A stretch of DNA of 64,000 nucleotides from Candidatus Thorarchaeota archaeon (GCA_003345545.1 PRDH01000003.1:1-64000), one strand, 5' to 3'; shown: positions 37,907 to 48,394, numbered from the stretch's first letter. The notes: generated by a model not told the origin, from the letters alone. Program-made: numbers and translations.

Positions 37907-38380
37907 ATGAATGTAATGGTCATTGATGTGAAACTTGCTACTGCTCAAGACCGTTCTGCATTGGATCAGTTGTATGCACGGGAGGGACACAGCTTTCAGA
38001 AACTCGCAGCTCTAGCAGCATGTACTCCTGTGGGCGGGATTCTCGAAACGATATTTGTTGTGGCGTGTGCCAATGACATGGTCGTGGCAGCACTAAAACT
38101 CGATGTTGGGAATGACCCCGAGTTGGGCAGGATTGGAGTCATACAGCATTTCGAGGTCGAGGATAATCTCGAAGACACTGACTTAGAATGGAAGATGCTC
38201 AACAAAGTAGTCGAGATTGCAGAGGATAAGAGGCTTCGAGCTCTTGACACACTCATTAACGAGTTTTGAAAAAAGACAATCAATCTCTATGCGCAACTTG
38301 GTTTTGAAGAGGAGCGAAAGGAAGTGTATCTTAGGAAGGATTTCAGGCCACGAGTATCCCAGCTTATCCCGAAACTATAG
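37907..38380 (+). pseudogene. GNAT acetyltransferase interrupted by in-frame TGA at 38267-38269
   Basis: The frame continues as KKTINLYAQLGFEEERKEVYLRKDF..., containing the GNAT LY..LGF motif, to TAG 38378-38380. Confidence 0.7.
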
Positions 38381-40190
38381 AAGATAGGCCTAGCGATTCT
38401 ACTGTTTCTCTTGTCGGGACTCCTTTGTTGTTCCAGCCCCGTAGCGCATAGTACTTCTCCAAACACTCCTCAAAATCGTTGTGACTAATGTATGCCTTCA
38501 TGCCCTTCGAAGGACCTATAGTTTCCTCCTGCCAGAACTTGGGAGGAAGGATATCATTAGCTCTGGTTATACCTTCGCGCAAATTGAACAAGCGTGTGAG
38601 AGTCTCCACTCTCTGACCAAATCGGGATATGCTCTCATCAGTGTAATTCAGGCCAGTTGCCCCATTCACCAGTCTGACCTTCTGTTCCCTAGACATGGGA
38701 AAGTGCCAAGTGAAGTGGCACACAACCATGGAGTCCGTGAGCGTCTTTGTATCTCGCTCCCAGACCATTGACTCTACTACATCTAGGGCTGAGGAATTTG
38801 GCTTTTCGGCGGTCTGAGGCCAGCCTCGTAGATGGCTTGCGCCTACGTCGCCCGTGGCATATGTAAGACCAAGGCCTTTCTTTCCCCGAGGGTCCCAGGC
38901 AGCTGCTTCAAGGCCCTTTACGTGTACTGCAAGGTCCCCACTTCCGCGTCCGATTTCCTCTGCAGCTCTTTGGGTTCCCTTGGCAAGGATTCCGCCGAAA
39001 CCTTCCCTGAATGCAATCATCCTCATTAGCCGAAGTGCAGCAGCACTATCTCCAAAACGCAAAGGAAATCCAATATCATCTTCACAAAGGATACCTGTTT
39101 CAAACGAATCCATCGCGAAGCTAATTGCAGAACCGGTACTGATAGTATCAAGTCCGAGATCATCTGCAAGGTAGTTGAGTTGGAGGACTGCCTGGAATTC
39201 ATCGATGCCCAGACTGCCTCCACACAGTCCCAAGGTTTCGTACTCGACTGTAGATTCGACAACGACGCCTGGATTGCTTGGATCTTCTGTCTTGTATGCA
39301 TGGGTACAACGCATGATACAATGCGGGCAAGAGAGATGGTCTCCAGCGGCCAACTCAGGGTAGTTCTCTGGCATGAGTAGTCTATAGTCTTCAAAGTAGC
39401 TATTACGCCAGTTTCTTGTTGGAAACTGTCCTCGTTCATTAGCTACCTCAACAAGAGAACCAGTTCCGTAGTACTTGAAGTCGTCATCTGTCTTTTCCTT
39501 CCAAATTGCCGCGACAGATCGATTTACTTCACGCAGGGCGCTTGGGTCGTGAGCTACCATTCTGTGCGTGCCTCTTGCAGCAATGCCCTTCAGATTCTTC
39601 GAACCAAGAACAGCGCCGACTCCGCCTCGTCCGGTCTGATGAGCTAGTTCACAGCAGCCCGTAGCAGTGAGTACCATGTTTTCACCTGCAGGTCCAATCA
39701 CATAGACAGCGGATTCTCTTGCTGAGGATTCATGGATCAGTTTTGTCGCTTCTTGAGTTCCTTTGCCCCAAAGAACCTGAGCTTCATTGAATTGAACAAC
39801 GTCGTCTTCAATACTCAACCAAATAGGTGTGTCCGATTTGCCACTCACTGCAAGCACATCATAGCCAGAGTTCTTGATCTCGCGGCCGAGAGCTCCACCA
39901 CAGTGTGAATCAATGAAGAGTCCTGTCAGTGGTGATTTTGTTATGAGAGACCACCTACCTACGTTGGGAGCAGGCAATCCTTGGAGTGGACCTGTCATGA
40001 AGAACAGCACATTCCTCGGTCCCAATGGGTCAATACCTGCGGGGAGCTCACGGTATAACAAGTAAGCACCAAGCCCCTTTCCTCCGATGAAGTCTTCGTA
40101 CGACTTCGATGGCAACTCCTCAATTCTAGTCATTCTATCAGTCAGGTCGACCCAGAGTGTCTTGCCATTCCAGCCTTTGTACCTCATCAT
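38364..40190 (-). CDS. aor: Aldehyde:ferredoxin oxidoreductase (tungsten/molybdenum AOR family)
   Basis: GW.GK.L.VDL, KSPLTG, IGPAGE, GRGG.GAV.GSKNLK, C..C...C, EYET, DD.GLD.IS.G, WDPRG, YY..RGW. Confidence 0.92.
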   Translation of the reverse strand: MMRYKGWNGKTLWVDLTDRMTRIEELPSKSYEDFIGGKGLGAYLLYRELPAGIDPLGPRNVLFFMTGPLQGLPAPNVGRWSLITKSPLTGLFIDSHCGGALGREIKNSGYDVLAVSGKSDTPIWLSIEDDVVQFNEAQVLWGKGTQEATKLIHESSARESAVYVIGPAGENMVLTATGCCELAHQTGRGGVGAVLGSKNLKGIAARGTHRMVAHDPSALREVNRSVAAIWKEKTDDDFKYYGTGSLVEVANERGQFPTRNWRNSYFEDYRLLMPENYPELAAGDHLSCPHCIMRCTHAYKTEDPSNPGVVVESTVEYETLGLCGGSLGIDEFQAVLQLNYLADDLGLDTISTGSAISFAMDSFETGILCEDDIGFPLRFGDSAAALRLMRMIAFREGFGGILAKGTQRAAEEIGRGSGDLAVHVKGLEAAAWDPRGKKGLGLTYATGDVGASHLRGWPQTAEKPNSSALDVVESMVWERDTKTLTDSMVVCHFTWHFPMSREQKVRLVNGATGLNYTDESISRFGQRVETLTRLFNLREGITRANDILPPKFWQEETIGPSKGMKAYISHNDFEECLEKYYALRGWNNKGVPTRETVESLGLSSIVSG

Positions 40191-40222
40191 CGGAACCTCA
40201 AAGTGCACGCCAGTGGACCTGC

Positions 40223-40372
40223 TTACTGAATCTCGATCTTTGAAATCGTATCGATATCAACATCTCGAAGATTGTTGAGGAGGGCCATCATGACATCGTT
40301 GATTACGCTTGCTACAAAGTCATTCATAGGGAGTTTCTTACCCTTGACGTATACTTCGATATTTCTAGCCAT
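40223..40372 (-). CDS. 49-aa protein resembling the C-terminal module of MobB-type proteins
   Basis: Not in ORF track: MARNIEVYVKGKKLPMNDFVASVINDVMMALLNNLRDVDIDTISKIEIQ*, co-oriented just upstream of aor. Confidence 0.6.
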   Translation of the reverse strand: MARNIEVYVKGKKLPMNDFVASVINDVMMALLNNLRDVDIDTISKIEIQ

Positions 40373-40525
40373 GGTAATTCACCAAACGCTCGCTGCAGAA
40401 TGCATGAGATGGATTTCTGTTATTATGCTTTTGCAACAGTCCACGCGTTGTCCATAACGGTTTTATACCACACATCTCCGTTTCTTGCGACTGATGGTAA
40501 CTATCACCATGAGAGGAATTACGAA

Positions 40526-42502
40526 ATGGGCCGTATGAGTTCTGCATTCTCTGCTATTGGAAGAAAGAAGACTGAAGGAGAACCAGCTGATATCGTTGGT
40601 CGGCTTGCTGGTATTGGCAACATATTCGGCATCATCGCTGCTGCTGTCGGCCTTCTGGCTGGAGTTCCTCTAGTCCCGCTCACAGCCACTCCTTGGGAAG
40701 TAACCTCCACAGCGCCAATTCAATGGACTGTTGGGGGCAATGCCATGTATCCAACATTGACAACAGCTTTCATGGGATTGCTAGCCATTGGTCTGCTGCT
40801 TCAAGCTCTTGGCTCTCGGGACTTGCGGGCGCGTCTTGGTACCATTTTCGGATCAGTTCTCTATGCCGCTTTCATTCTTGCCTGTTTCATCGCAGTCTAT
40901 GCTCTTTTTGGATTTCGCAATGTAACCTATCCAGAACTAATAGCAGGATATCTTCAGATAATGTATCTCTTTGGATCCATCTTCGTCATTGCATGGCAGA
41001 TGGTATCCGTCCTCTATGTCGATTCGAGTAAGACTTGGCTGGGTTTTGGCGCAGGTATGCTCAACGGTATGTTCATTCCAATACTTGCACTTGGTCAGGT
41101 GCTCGGCTCCTCGCTTACATACATTGCCTATGGCATCCTACTCGTCGGTCAGCTAATGTCAGTATCGTTCTGGTGGGCACCTCACTCCACCATAAGGGAA
41201 TTCGCTAGAAGTCCAAGTAAGGCGAAATTCGCCTTTGGACTGAGTGGGTTCTTGACTTTCCTAATTGGCTCAGCGGCTGTATTCATTGGTCCAATAGCAG
41301 AACACCCTTCAGGGGGATTGATATGGCGTCCGTGGAGCACAACAGCACCCTACAACACGTTACTCTATGACTCTCCGATTGAATATGTAACGAACCCAGC
41401 ACTCGTTTTCGGTTTTCTTGCAGCAATGGTATTTTGGCTCACGCTCTCCCCGAGGCTTGGCGCAAAGGAATTGAAGACCACAATGATAGGTGACGACATC
41501 ATCAAGGGAGGAAGTAAGTGGCTTGCTATCTTCTTGGCAATGATTGGTGTTCTTGCTTGTGGCCAAGCAGGTACGTTTTCGGAGGGTGTAGGTTCGTGGG
41601 GATTCTTCATTGTCATCGGTCCTGCAGGTGCAATGATTCTCATTGGGGCACTCTACACTGCCAAGACGGACATTATAACGGGCTTTCCGCTCATAATTGC
41701 GGGAGCCCTTACAATGGTCAGTCCATTTTCACTGGGAATTATAATCACCGTTGCGTGGGCTATGGTCATCCTAACACAGCTTTTCCTGATGATTGAGAGC
41801 CTTGTGCGCGGGCTGACTGGATTCAGTCAAGGAGCGCTCTCAGTCGTAATGAGCCTGCTGGCATCGGTGGCCATCATCGCCTTCATTCTCGGGGCATTCG
41901 GTAGCGGACCACTGGCTCTTTGGCCAACAAACAGATGGTTCAATATCTCCCTAATACCTGGAATCTCTCCCGAGATTCAATCATCTGTAGTCATTATTCT
42001 GCCTTTTCTTATGCTACTTCTCAGGAATGCTGCACTCACAGGATTCGCTCATGGTAGAGGATATACCACCGGGGGCATCTTGATGGGCATCACAGCGCTG
42101 TTTGCACTGATGATTCCCGTCATCGCAGGGAATGTCACAGTGACACATGAAGCTAATACTGGAGCCGCATTGATGCTTGCACTCTATTCAGTGAGCGTTG
42201 CATTGATAATGTCCTTGAATCTGAACCTGGCAAATGATGTCGAAGAACGGGGACATTCGTTCGAAGGCACATTCATCAAAGTTGCCACTATTGCACAAGT
42301 TGTCCTTGCGGCACTTGCAGCGATACTCGTGATAATCAGTTTCAGTGGCATTCCAACAGCGCAGGATATTGCATTAGTGATATCGATTTTCGTGACCTTC
42401 ATGGTAGGTACTGAGATCCTTTCAGTAGTTGGATGGCTGATCGCTGGCATTAGGCTTGGCCTTCTAAGAGAGGGTTTCAGATTCCAAAGAATCGAAACAT
42501 GA
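40526..42502 (+). CDS. Large polytopic membrane protein of unknown function
   Basis: Roughly 17-20 hydrophobic segments and no recognisable transporter motif. Start probably ATG 40526. Confidence 0.7.
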   Translation: MGRMSSAFSAIGRKKTEGEPADIVGRLAGIGNIFGIIAAAVGLLAGVPLVPLTATPWEVTSTAPIQWTVGGNAMYPTLTTAFMGLLAIGLLLQALGSRDLRARLGTIFGSVLYAAFILACFIAVYALFGFRNVTYPELIAGYLQIMYLFGSIFVIAWQMVSVLYVDSSKTWLGFGAGMLNGMFIPILALGQVLGSSLTYIAYGILLVGQLMSVSFWWAPHSTIREFARSPSKAKFAFGLSGFLTFLIGSAAVFIGPIAEHPSGGLIWRPWSTTAPYNTLLYDSPIEYVTNPALVFGFLAAMVFWLTLSPRLGAKELKTTMIGDDIIKGGSKWLAIFLAMIGVLACGQAGTFSEGVGSWGFFIVIGPAGAMILIGALYTAKTDIITGFPLIIAGALTMVSPFSLGIIITVAWAMVILTQLFLMIESLVRGLTGFSQGALSVVMSLLASVAIIAFILGAFGSGPLALWPTNRWFNISLIPGISPEIQSSVVIILPFLMLLLRNAALTGFAHGRGYTTGGILMGITALFALMIPVIAGNVTVTHEANTGAALMLALYSVSVALIMSLNLNLANDVEERGHSFEGTFIKVATIAQVVLAALAAILVIISFSGIPTAQDIALVISIFVTFMVGTEILSVVGWLIAGIRLGLLREGFRFQRIET

Positions 42503-42541
42503 GAAATCCATTGTCCTAGGATTCCCGAGAGGTAATCGACT

Positions 42542-43295
42542 ATGGCTCTTCAGGTGGCAGGCGTCGAAACAAGGCCTCGGTGAGCCTCTGTGGCTTTTCT
42601 GCTGGTGCATGGATTCTCCGCGGCACCCGATGAGCTCAGAACACTGGCTCAGTTTCTTGAGAGCCAGAACATTGCGTCCTTCGCAGTTCGGGTCGCAGGT
42701 CATAGTACGAGTCCTGATGATTTGAAGAGAAACACTTGGTCTGATTGGTACAATTCAGTTAGGGATGGATTCACCCTTGTGAAATCATGGAATCCAATTC
42801 ATCTTCTAGTTGCAGGTTTCTCCATGGGAGGAGCATTGTCAGTATTACTGGCCTACGACGTGAGAGGTGTTGACGGCCTTGTTCTTCTGGCTCCAGCTCT
42901 GAAAATCGGCGGAGTTCTTCCCAAGTTAGTTCCATTACTCAAACATTTTGTGAGCGACCGAGAAGTTGACTTCGTGAGGGCGCAGGAGCCCTATGAAATC
43001 AAGAGAACCAAATACTCACGTGAACCGGTTTCTACATACCACGAGCTGTTCAAGCTACAGAAGAAAGCTCGTCAGAATCTCAGAAGAATCACTATTCCTA
43101 CTGTTATCATTCAGGGAACCAATGACAGGACGATAAATCCACGAAATGGATAGGCTGCTTACAATGGTATCGGATTTCAAGAAAAAACTGTATATAATTG
43201 ACTGTGCGGAGCACGTTATTCCATGCCATTGGACTAGAGCAAGAGCATACCCCTTGAGTCAGAAGTTTGTTGAGGAAATCGTAACGAAGACTTAG
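42542..43295 (+). pseudogene. Carboxylesterase/lipase (alpha/beta hydrolase) pseudogene
   Basis: HGF, GHST, GFSMGG and QGTND motifs; in-frame TGA at 42581 and TAG at 43151; frameshift near the A-run at 43179-43187 before ...IIDCAEHVIP (catalytic His). Confidence 0.75.
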
Positions 43296-43996
43296 GCTGA
43301 GAATCTTCTCAGTGCATCTAGTCCAATATTAGGGAAATCAGTAATCATGCCATCGACCTCAAGTCGAAGGAGTTCGGACATTCTTGAGGAATCATTAACA
43401 GTCCAAGGATGGATTTTCAGCGAGTTTCCATGAGCCTCTTTCACCAGATCATGCGTGACTAATGAATGAAGAGGATTCATCGCATTTGCTCCAAGGTCAA
43501 CGACGTAGGGAATCAACCCATCCATTGGTTTGGCAATCAGGGCACCGGTGCAAACATCCTGATTGAGTTCCTTCATAGCAAGAAGGGATCCATGGTAGAA
43601 GGATGACACAACAATGCTATCAAGCATACTTCTATCGGTCACCAAATCAAGGACATTCTTCTCTACACCAAGGGCTTTCAACTCAATATTCACACTCATA
43701 TGGCCACGGGCCAGATCAAGAACTTCGCCGAGCAGGGGGATTCTCTCGCCTCGGCCAGCATCAAGTCTCCGGATCTCACGCAGAGTCATCTCCGCCACAA
43801 TCCCAGAACCATTTGTTGTCCGGTCCACAGAACTGTCGTGTATGCATACTAGATGACCATCAAGAGTTTCATGGATATCAAGCTCGATCATCGGTACTCC
43901 CAAATCCAGAGCTGTGCGATAAGATAGCATTGTATTCTCCGGAGCTAACCCTGCAGCACCTCGATGTCCAATAATCAAGCATTCCTGCAATACCAA
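43292..43996 (-). CDS. Glycerophosphodiester phosphodiesterase
   Basis: IGHRGA, PENT, ELD, HD..VDRTT, NIELK, WTVN and ITDFP motifs. Confidence 0.92.
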   Translation of the reverse strand: MVLQECLIIGHRGAAGLAPENTMLSYRTALDLGVPMIELDIHETLDGHLVCIHDSSVDRTTNGSGIVAEMTLREIRRLDAGRGERIPLLGEVLDLARGHMSVNIELKALGVEKNVLDLVTDRSMLDSIVVSSFYHGSLLAMKELNQDVCTGALIAKPMDGLIPYVVDLGANAMNPLHSLVTHDLVKEAHGNSLKIHPWTVNDSSRMSELLRLEVDGMITDFPNIGLDALRRFSA

Positions 43997-44015
43997 TCAC
44001 CCCGCCGAACTTGTA

Positions 44016-44303
44016 TCATTCGTCTTCTGGAGTAATGCCTGTTCCTCCGCAACGAGGGCAAGTCTCACCGCCGACACTCCCACTGCCCTTACAATAGTAA
44101 CAGCCCTTGCGTTGCACTTCCATCGACTTGTCAACGCCTTTTGATACTGCGACCCCAAGAGCAATCAGTACGACGCCTGCGAACATGCCCAGTAATGAAG
44201 GAACGTAGTAAAGCTCAGATAATGGCAGCACGATGAAGAGTGAGACCAAAAAGACCAACACACCAATGAAGCCGAGCCCGAAACCGATTTTCAATCGTTC
44301 CAT
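44016..44303 (-). CDS. Small two-TM protein with DnaJ-type zinc finger
   Basis: Two TM helices followed by CYYCKGSG and CPRCGGTG. Confidence 0.7.
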   Translation of the reverse strand: MERLKIGFGLGFIGVLVFLVSLFIVLPLSELYYVPSLLGMFAGVVLIALGVAVSKGVDKSMEVQRKGCYYCKGSGSVGGETCPRCGGTGITPEDE

Positions 44304-44486
44304 CCGGATATCCCACTTAGATCAGTCATTTCGGACTGAGTTGAATCACACCTAGAACGCACTCTCTCTCTCCCTCTAATAGATTGTGGCGCAACAAGAT
44401 TGTCCACCTCTATTGGCGAAGAGTCCAACCCTAAGAGATAATAGCAGAGAACACATCAGATGCTCTAGTGCGGGAGATAGGACACG

Positions 44487-45404
44487 ATGTCGAGAACTGA
44501 CCTCTTTTCAAGATATACACAGCTATACGCCAAGGCTCAGGCAAGGGAGATTGTCCCCGCAGGACCATTTGTGCGGCAGCTGACAGATATTCCTCGAAAG
44601 CAGTACGACGTGGGACTATTCTTCAGACCAACACGGACTACCCGAACTGCTCAGCTCTACATCGGCAATCCGATTCCAAGTGAGATATGCGAGCAGGAAG
44701 GTTTCTTGGAAACCGATGATGCAACCTATCTAAGCAGAACCCTCCTCTCAAAATTCCGGACTCTTGACTTCCTGAGAGTGGTGATCTCTGCTGGAGGAGT
44801 GTGTGAGAGCAAGCAGGAGCGTGTGGATTTTTTAAAGACAGGACAGCGTGTAATTGATGTGATATTGAGGAAGCTGCGTAACGTCATGCATTTGGCTGAG
44901 TTTGGGCCCTTTCGATTTGATAGATGTGTCAAGACATTGAACGAATTCCTTGTAACAGATTTGAAGATGGATGATGTCTCTGTCGAGGCTGCTTCAATCC
45001 CGTTTACCGTCGCAAACCCTCAATACATTCTTCTAGCAGATAATGACCTGATCGTCATCGATGATGAGCCACGAGTTCCGCAAGGGGAATTCTTCCTTGT
45101 CGGGGGCCTAGGATATACGTTCGACAAGACCGAGGGCGCTGTGAGTGAAGCGCGTCTGTTCAGGTCGACAACAGACTTAAGCCCCCAGGGAATTGATGAG
45201 GCCTACATTGATAGAATGATCTCGAGAATAACAGAAGACTTTCAGAATAGTCTGCACTCGCTTGTTTTCGCAGACGTCTGGAAGAAGGGCAGCGCAAAAC
45301 CGATAGGAGTCAACTTCGGAGGCGACCTTCTTGTGAAGGCAGAGCCAAGCAGTGAAATATGGGCAGGCGTCTTTGAAGTATATGTGAAGTCACCTAAAGC
45401 ATAA
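44487..45404 (+). CDS. Hypothetical soluble protein
   Basis: 305-aa ORF with upstream GGAG; no motif recognised. Confidence 0.65.
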   Translation: MSRTDLFSRYTQLYAKAQAREIVPAGPFVRQLTDIPRKQYDVGLFFRPTRTTRTAQLYIGNPIPSEICEQEGFLETDDATYLSRTLLSKFRTLDFLRVVISAGGVCESKQERVDFLKTGQRVIDVILRKLRNVMHLAEFGPFRFDRCVKTLNEFLVTDLKMDDVSVEAASIPFTVANPQYILLADNDLIVIDDEPRVPQGEFFLVGGLGYTFDKTEGAVSEARLFRSTTDLSPQGIDEAYIDRMISRITEDFQNSLHSLVFADVWKKGSAKPIGVNFGGDLLVKAEPSSEIWAGVFEVYVKSPKA

Positions 45405-46983
45405 GGATATCAAATGCATCTATTGCCATGAACACTGCTCTAAAGGCGTATATTCTGAATGTGTAAGATGCCGCTCCCTCTACCATTCCATCAATCGCAT
45501 TTCGCAAGATGGAAAGCGAATTAGAGCCGGAGGTGTCCAATAACGACGCAAGACTATCTAGGGTCAAGTAGTGGACACCATTCCCAGCAGCCAATGCTAC
45601 ATCATTGACAAGAACATCAAGAGACCCATAGATGTTGTCAGGCCTTCCAGAGACATCGGTAGCATTGCCGACATTCCCTAGGCGCATGGACCAGCGAGAT
45701 CCCAGCCGTGCTATCGAACTTGAATACGAATGAACAAGGTATTCACCTACATCGCCCTGCATCTCAAATGAAAAACGCGAGCGTTCACAAAGAACTGTGT
45801 AGTCGTCCCACATGCCCATTGTAGGGACAGTCAGACCACACAATCTCATCGTCAATGTATCGCCATCCTGAGTGTCATCAACAACGAAGGGCTCCACCAA
45901 GACGCCAGCTTCCACTCCAGAAGAAACAATATCCGCATGCAACTGTGTTGCCTCATACTCTATAGCATTCAGGTCGACTGAGTACAGCGAAGTCCTCATG
46001 AGCCCGCTAAATCCAATAAGATCGAGACTTCGAGTTTCAACCATTAGTGCCTGCCACTCCGGCCTTGAAAGAGTCATGTCAAAAATAATGCTGAGAGGCA
46101 TATTGGCAATGTTTGCCAAAGTCACGTTCATCAGGTACGATAGCGATACTCTGTGATTCCTGTAGATGTCCTCAATCAGCTCAGTTGTGGCTAGAGCAGA
46201 GGAAGGATTCTCAGCAAGCACTTCACGACCAGGTGTGAGTGTGATGGAATATGAGATTTCAGTTTGGTTGATTTCCACCAACCAATCGCGTAATCTAGAC
46301 CACGATAGCGTATCGTTTTCGAGAACTCTAAAGTCGAGATTGAAGGAATTAGCGGATATGTTGGAGAGCAACTCCGTGGTTGGCAAGATATCTCGATATG
46401 GGTAATCGAAACTCGACAGAGGCATACTTAGGGCGATCTGGGGAACTTGCTCTACGCTTGAAACAGCAATAGGATTCTGCCCCATCAATACAATAGATAC
46501 AGGGAATGTCAGACCTAGCAAATTGAGTAGCAAGATGTATGCCAGTCCTTTCTTTCCTGCCTGTCTAAGGCTGCTTTTGGGGCGGAATCGGCCCAAGAGG
46601 AAGATGACGGCTGCTGCGATGATATTGAGCAATAGGCAGATCACGAATCCTCTGATAAGACTAGACAACACACCGAAAAAAACTGAACAGATCACCAGGA
46701 AGACAAAATTCCAAGCAGCAATGCGTTCGCGATAATATGCAAGCGTCATCAGGGGGAGAAAGATCATCAAGGGAAGGATATAGAGGACGATCGGCAGCGA
46801 ATCAACAAGCCCTACACCACTCAGGGTCATGCTCAATGTCACCGATAACATCACATAAAGAATAAGAATCACATTCACTGCCAAAACCATTGTAACGAAG
46901 AGATGCAGAAATCTATCATATCTCGTTGCGTAATTTATCTTTCTTCTAGCGCCTCTGCGTGCCTCGAGAATCTTGCTCATCAT
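45394..46983 (-). CDS. Membrane protein with about 5 N-terminal TM helices and a large C-terminal domain
   Basis: Hydrophobic N-terminal third; soluble domain with N-x-S/T sequons. Start probably ATG 46983. Confidence 0.65.
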   Translation of the reverse strand: MMSKILEARRGARRKINYATRYDRFLHLFVTMVLAVNVILILYVMLSVTLSMTLSGVGLVDSLPIVLYILPLMIFLPLMTLAYYRERIAAWNFVFLVICSVFFGVLSSLIRGFVICLLLNIIAAAVIFLLGRFRPKSSLRQAGKKGLAYILLLNLLGLTFPVSIVLMGQNPIAVSSVEQVPQIALSMPLSSFDYPYRDILPTTELLSNISANSFNLDFRVLENDTLSWSRLRDWLVEINQTEISYSITLTPGREVLAENPSSALATTELIEDIYRNHRVSLSYLMNVTLANIANMPLSIIFDMTLSRPEWQALMVETRSLDLIGFSGLMRTSLYSVDLNAIEYEATQLHADIVSSGVEAGVLVEPFVVDDTQDGDTLTMRLCGLTVPTMGMWDDYTVLCERSRFSFEMQGDVGEYLVHSYSSSIARLGSRWSMRLGNVGNATDVSGRPDNIYGSLDVLVNDVALAAGNGVHYLTLDSLASLLDTSGSNSLSILRNAIDGMVEGAASYTFRIYAFRAVFMAIDAFDILML

Positions 46984-47101
46984 TAGTTCCCACAAAATCA
47001 GAACTCTCCAGATAAGGTTAGGGTACGTAGATAAATGAACGAAACACACCCAACCGTTAAGATGAAGTGGATGTCATGAGTCCCATTACTGGTCATTCCT
47101 C

Positions 47102-48295
47102 ATGTTTGATGTAGCGGTTATTGGTGCGGGTCCCGCAGGATCCACAGCCTCGCGATACTTGGCAAAGCAAGGGCTGAAGGTGTGCATCATAGACAAAGAT
47201 ACATTTCCGAGGAACAAACCCTGTGGGGGTGGATTCGCACAAGGGCTCTTGGATGATTTCCCCTATCTGAAGAAGAGAGCAGATGAGTTTCTCAAGGGCA
47301 TCGCTAGACTGGGCATTCTACACTCTCCGAATCTACATATCGCGCTCTCGGGCAAAGTGGAAATGGCCATGACGTTGAGAACTGATTTTGACAATGTGCT
47401 TCTTGAGAGCGCTCTGGAGCAGGGTGCAGCTTCTTACATTGGTTCGCGGGCAAGGCACATTACAATTAGACCAGGTTCTTCAAAGGTCGAGCTCGCCAAT
47501 GGTAACTCCATTAAGTCATGCATGATTGTTGGAGCAGACGGAGTTTCCAGCATCGTTGCACGTGAGTCAGGCCTTCAGCGTAGCTGGCCCAAGAGCAAAA
47601 TAACTGCTTGCCGTGTTGCCGAGGTGCCAGCTAAGCAGGACGAAATCATTGACAGATACACAGAAGACCTGCAATACCATTTCTATGCCAGCTTTGGCGG
47701 ACTACCAGGATATGGATGGATCTTTCCAAAACGAGAAACAATCAATGTAGGTCTAGGAATCGTTGGCGCTCATGCACGTGGACTACCTACAATATTCGAA
47801 ACATTTGTTCGGTATCTAAAGAGTGAGAATCTTCTCGCGAGAGATGCAGACCTCTCATCAGTCAGGGGAGCTCTTGTCCCAACAGGGGGACCTGCGAAGA
47901 AGACAGTCAGCGACGGCTGCCTTATTGTCGGAGATGCGGCAGGTATGGTAGACCCCCTGACTGGAGGAGGAATTGCCTATGCCATGAGGGCTGGTCGTCA
48001 TGCATCGAGAGCGATTGCTACTGCTTTCGACAATGGGCTGGAGCATGAAACTCTCTTGAAGTACGAGCAGTCATGGAAGAACGATTTTGGAAAGGACTTC
48101 AAGGGTCACTTGCTTGCACAGAAGGTCATCACGAGCCCCTTTACAGACCTGTTCTTTGAGATAGGGCGACGTGATGAACTGATTCAAAAGATGGTGTCTG
48201 AGTCCATGGATAATTCCTCTAAAAGCAAAATCGATACAAGGAACTTGGTCCTGCGAACTCTACTTGTCTGTCTACGCGGAGCCCTAGGGATATAG
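47102..48295 (+). CDS. Geranylgeranyl reductase-family FAD oxidoreductase
   Basis: GAGPAG, KPCGGG, R..FD, GADG, YGWIFP, GDAAG..DP.TGGGI. Confidence 0.88.
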   Translation: MFDVAVIGAGPAGSTASRYLAKQGLKVCIIDKDTFPRNKPCGGGFAQGLLDDFPYLKKRADEFLKGIARLGILHSPNLHIALSGKVEMAMTLRTDFDNVLLESALEQGAASYIGSRARHITIRPGSSKVELANGNSIKSCMIVGADGVSSIVARESGLQRSWPKSKITACRVAEVPAKQDEIIDRYTEDLQYHFYASFGGLPGYGWIFPKRETINVGLGIVGAHARGLPTIFETFVRYLKSENLLARDADLSSVRGALVPTGGPAKKTVSDGCLIVGDAAGMVDPLTGGGIAYAMRAGRHASRAIATAFDNGLEHETLLKYEQSWKNDFGKDFKGHLLAQKVITSPFTDLFFEIGRRDELIQKMVSESMDNSSKSKIDTRNLVLRTLLVCLRGALGI

Positions 48296-48394
48296 AGGAA
48301 TTGCCGTTGTCGAGAATCTATAAGAAGGAATAAATGATGGTACTCGCCTGTAATTGCATTCCGTTTCTCAAAATGCAAGAGAGGCGACTAAGCT

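Noticed and set aside
38267-38269. Selenocysteine recoding of the GNAT TGA
   Set aside because: Not a redox Cys position, other motifs are also eroded, and no SECIS was recognised.
43151-43153. Pyrrolysine readthrough of the esterase TAG
   Set aside because: The same gene also has a TGA and a frameshift, indicating decay.
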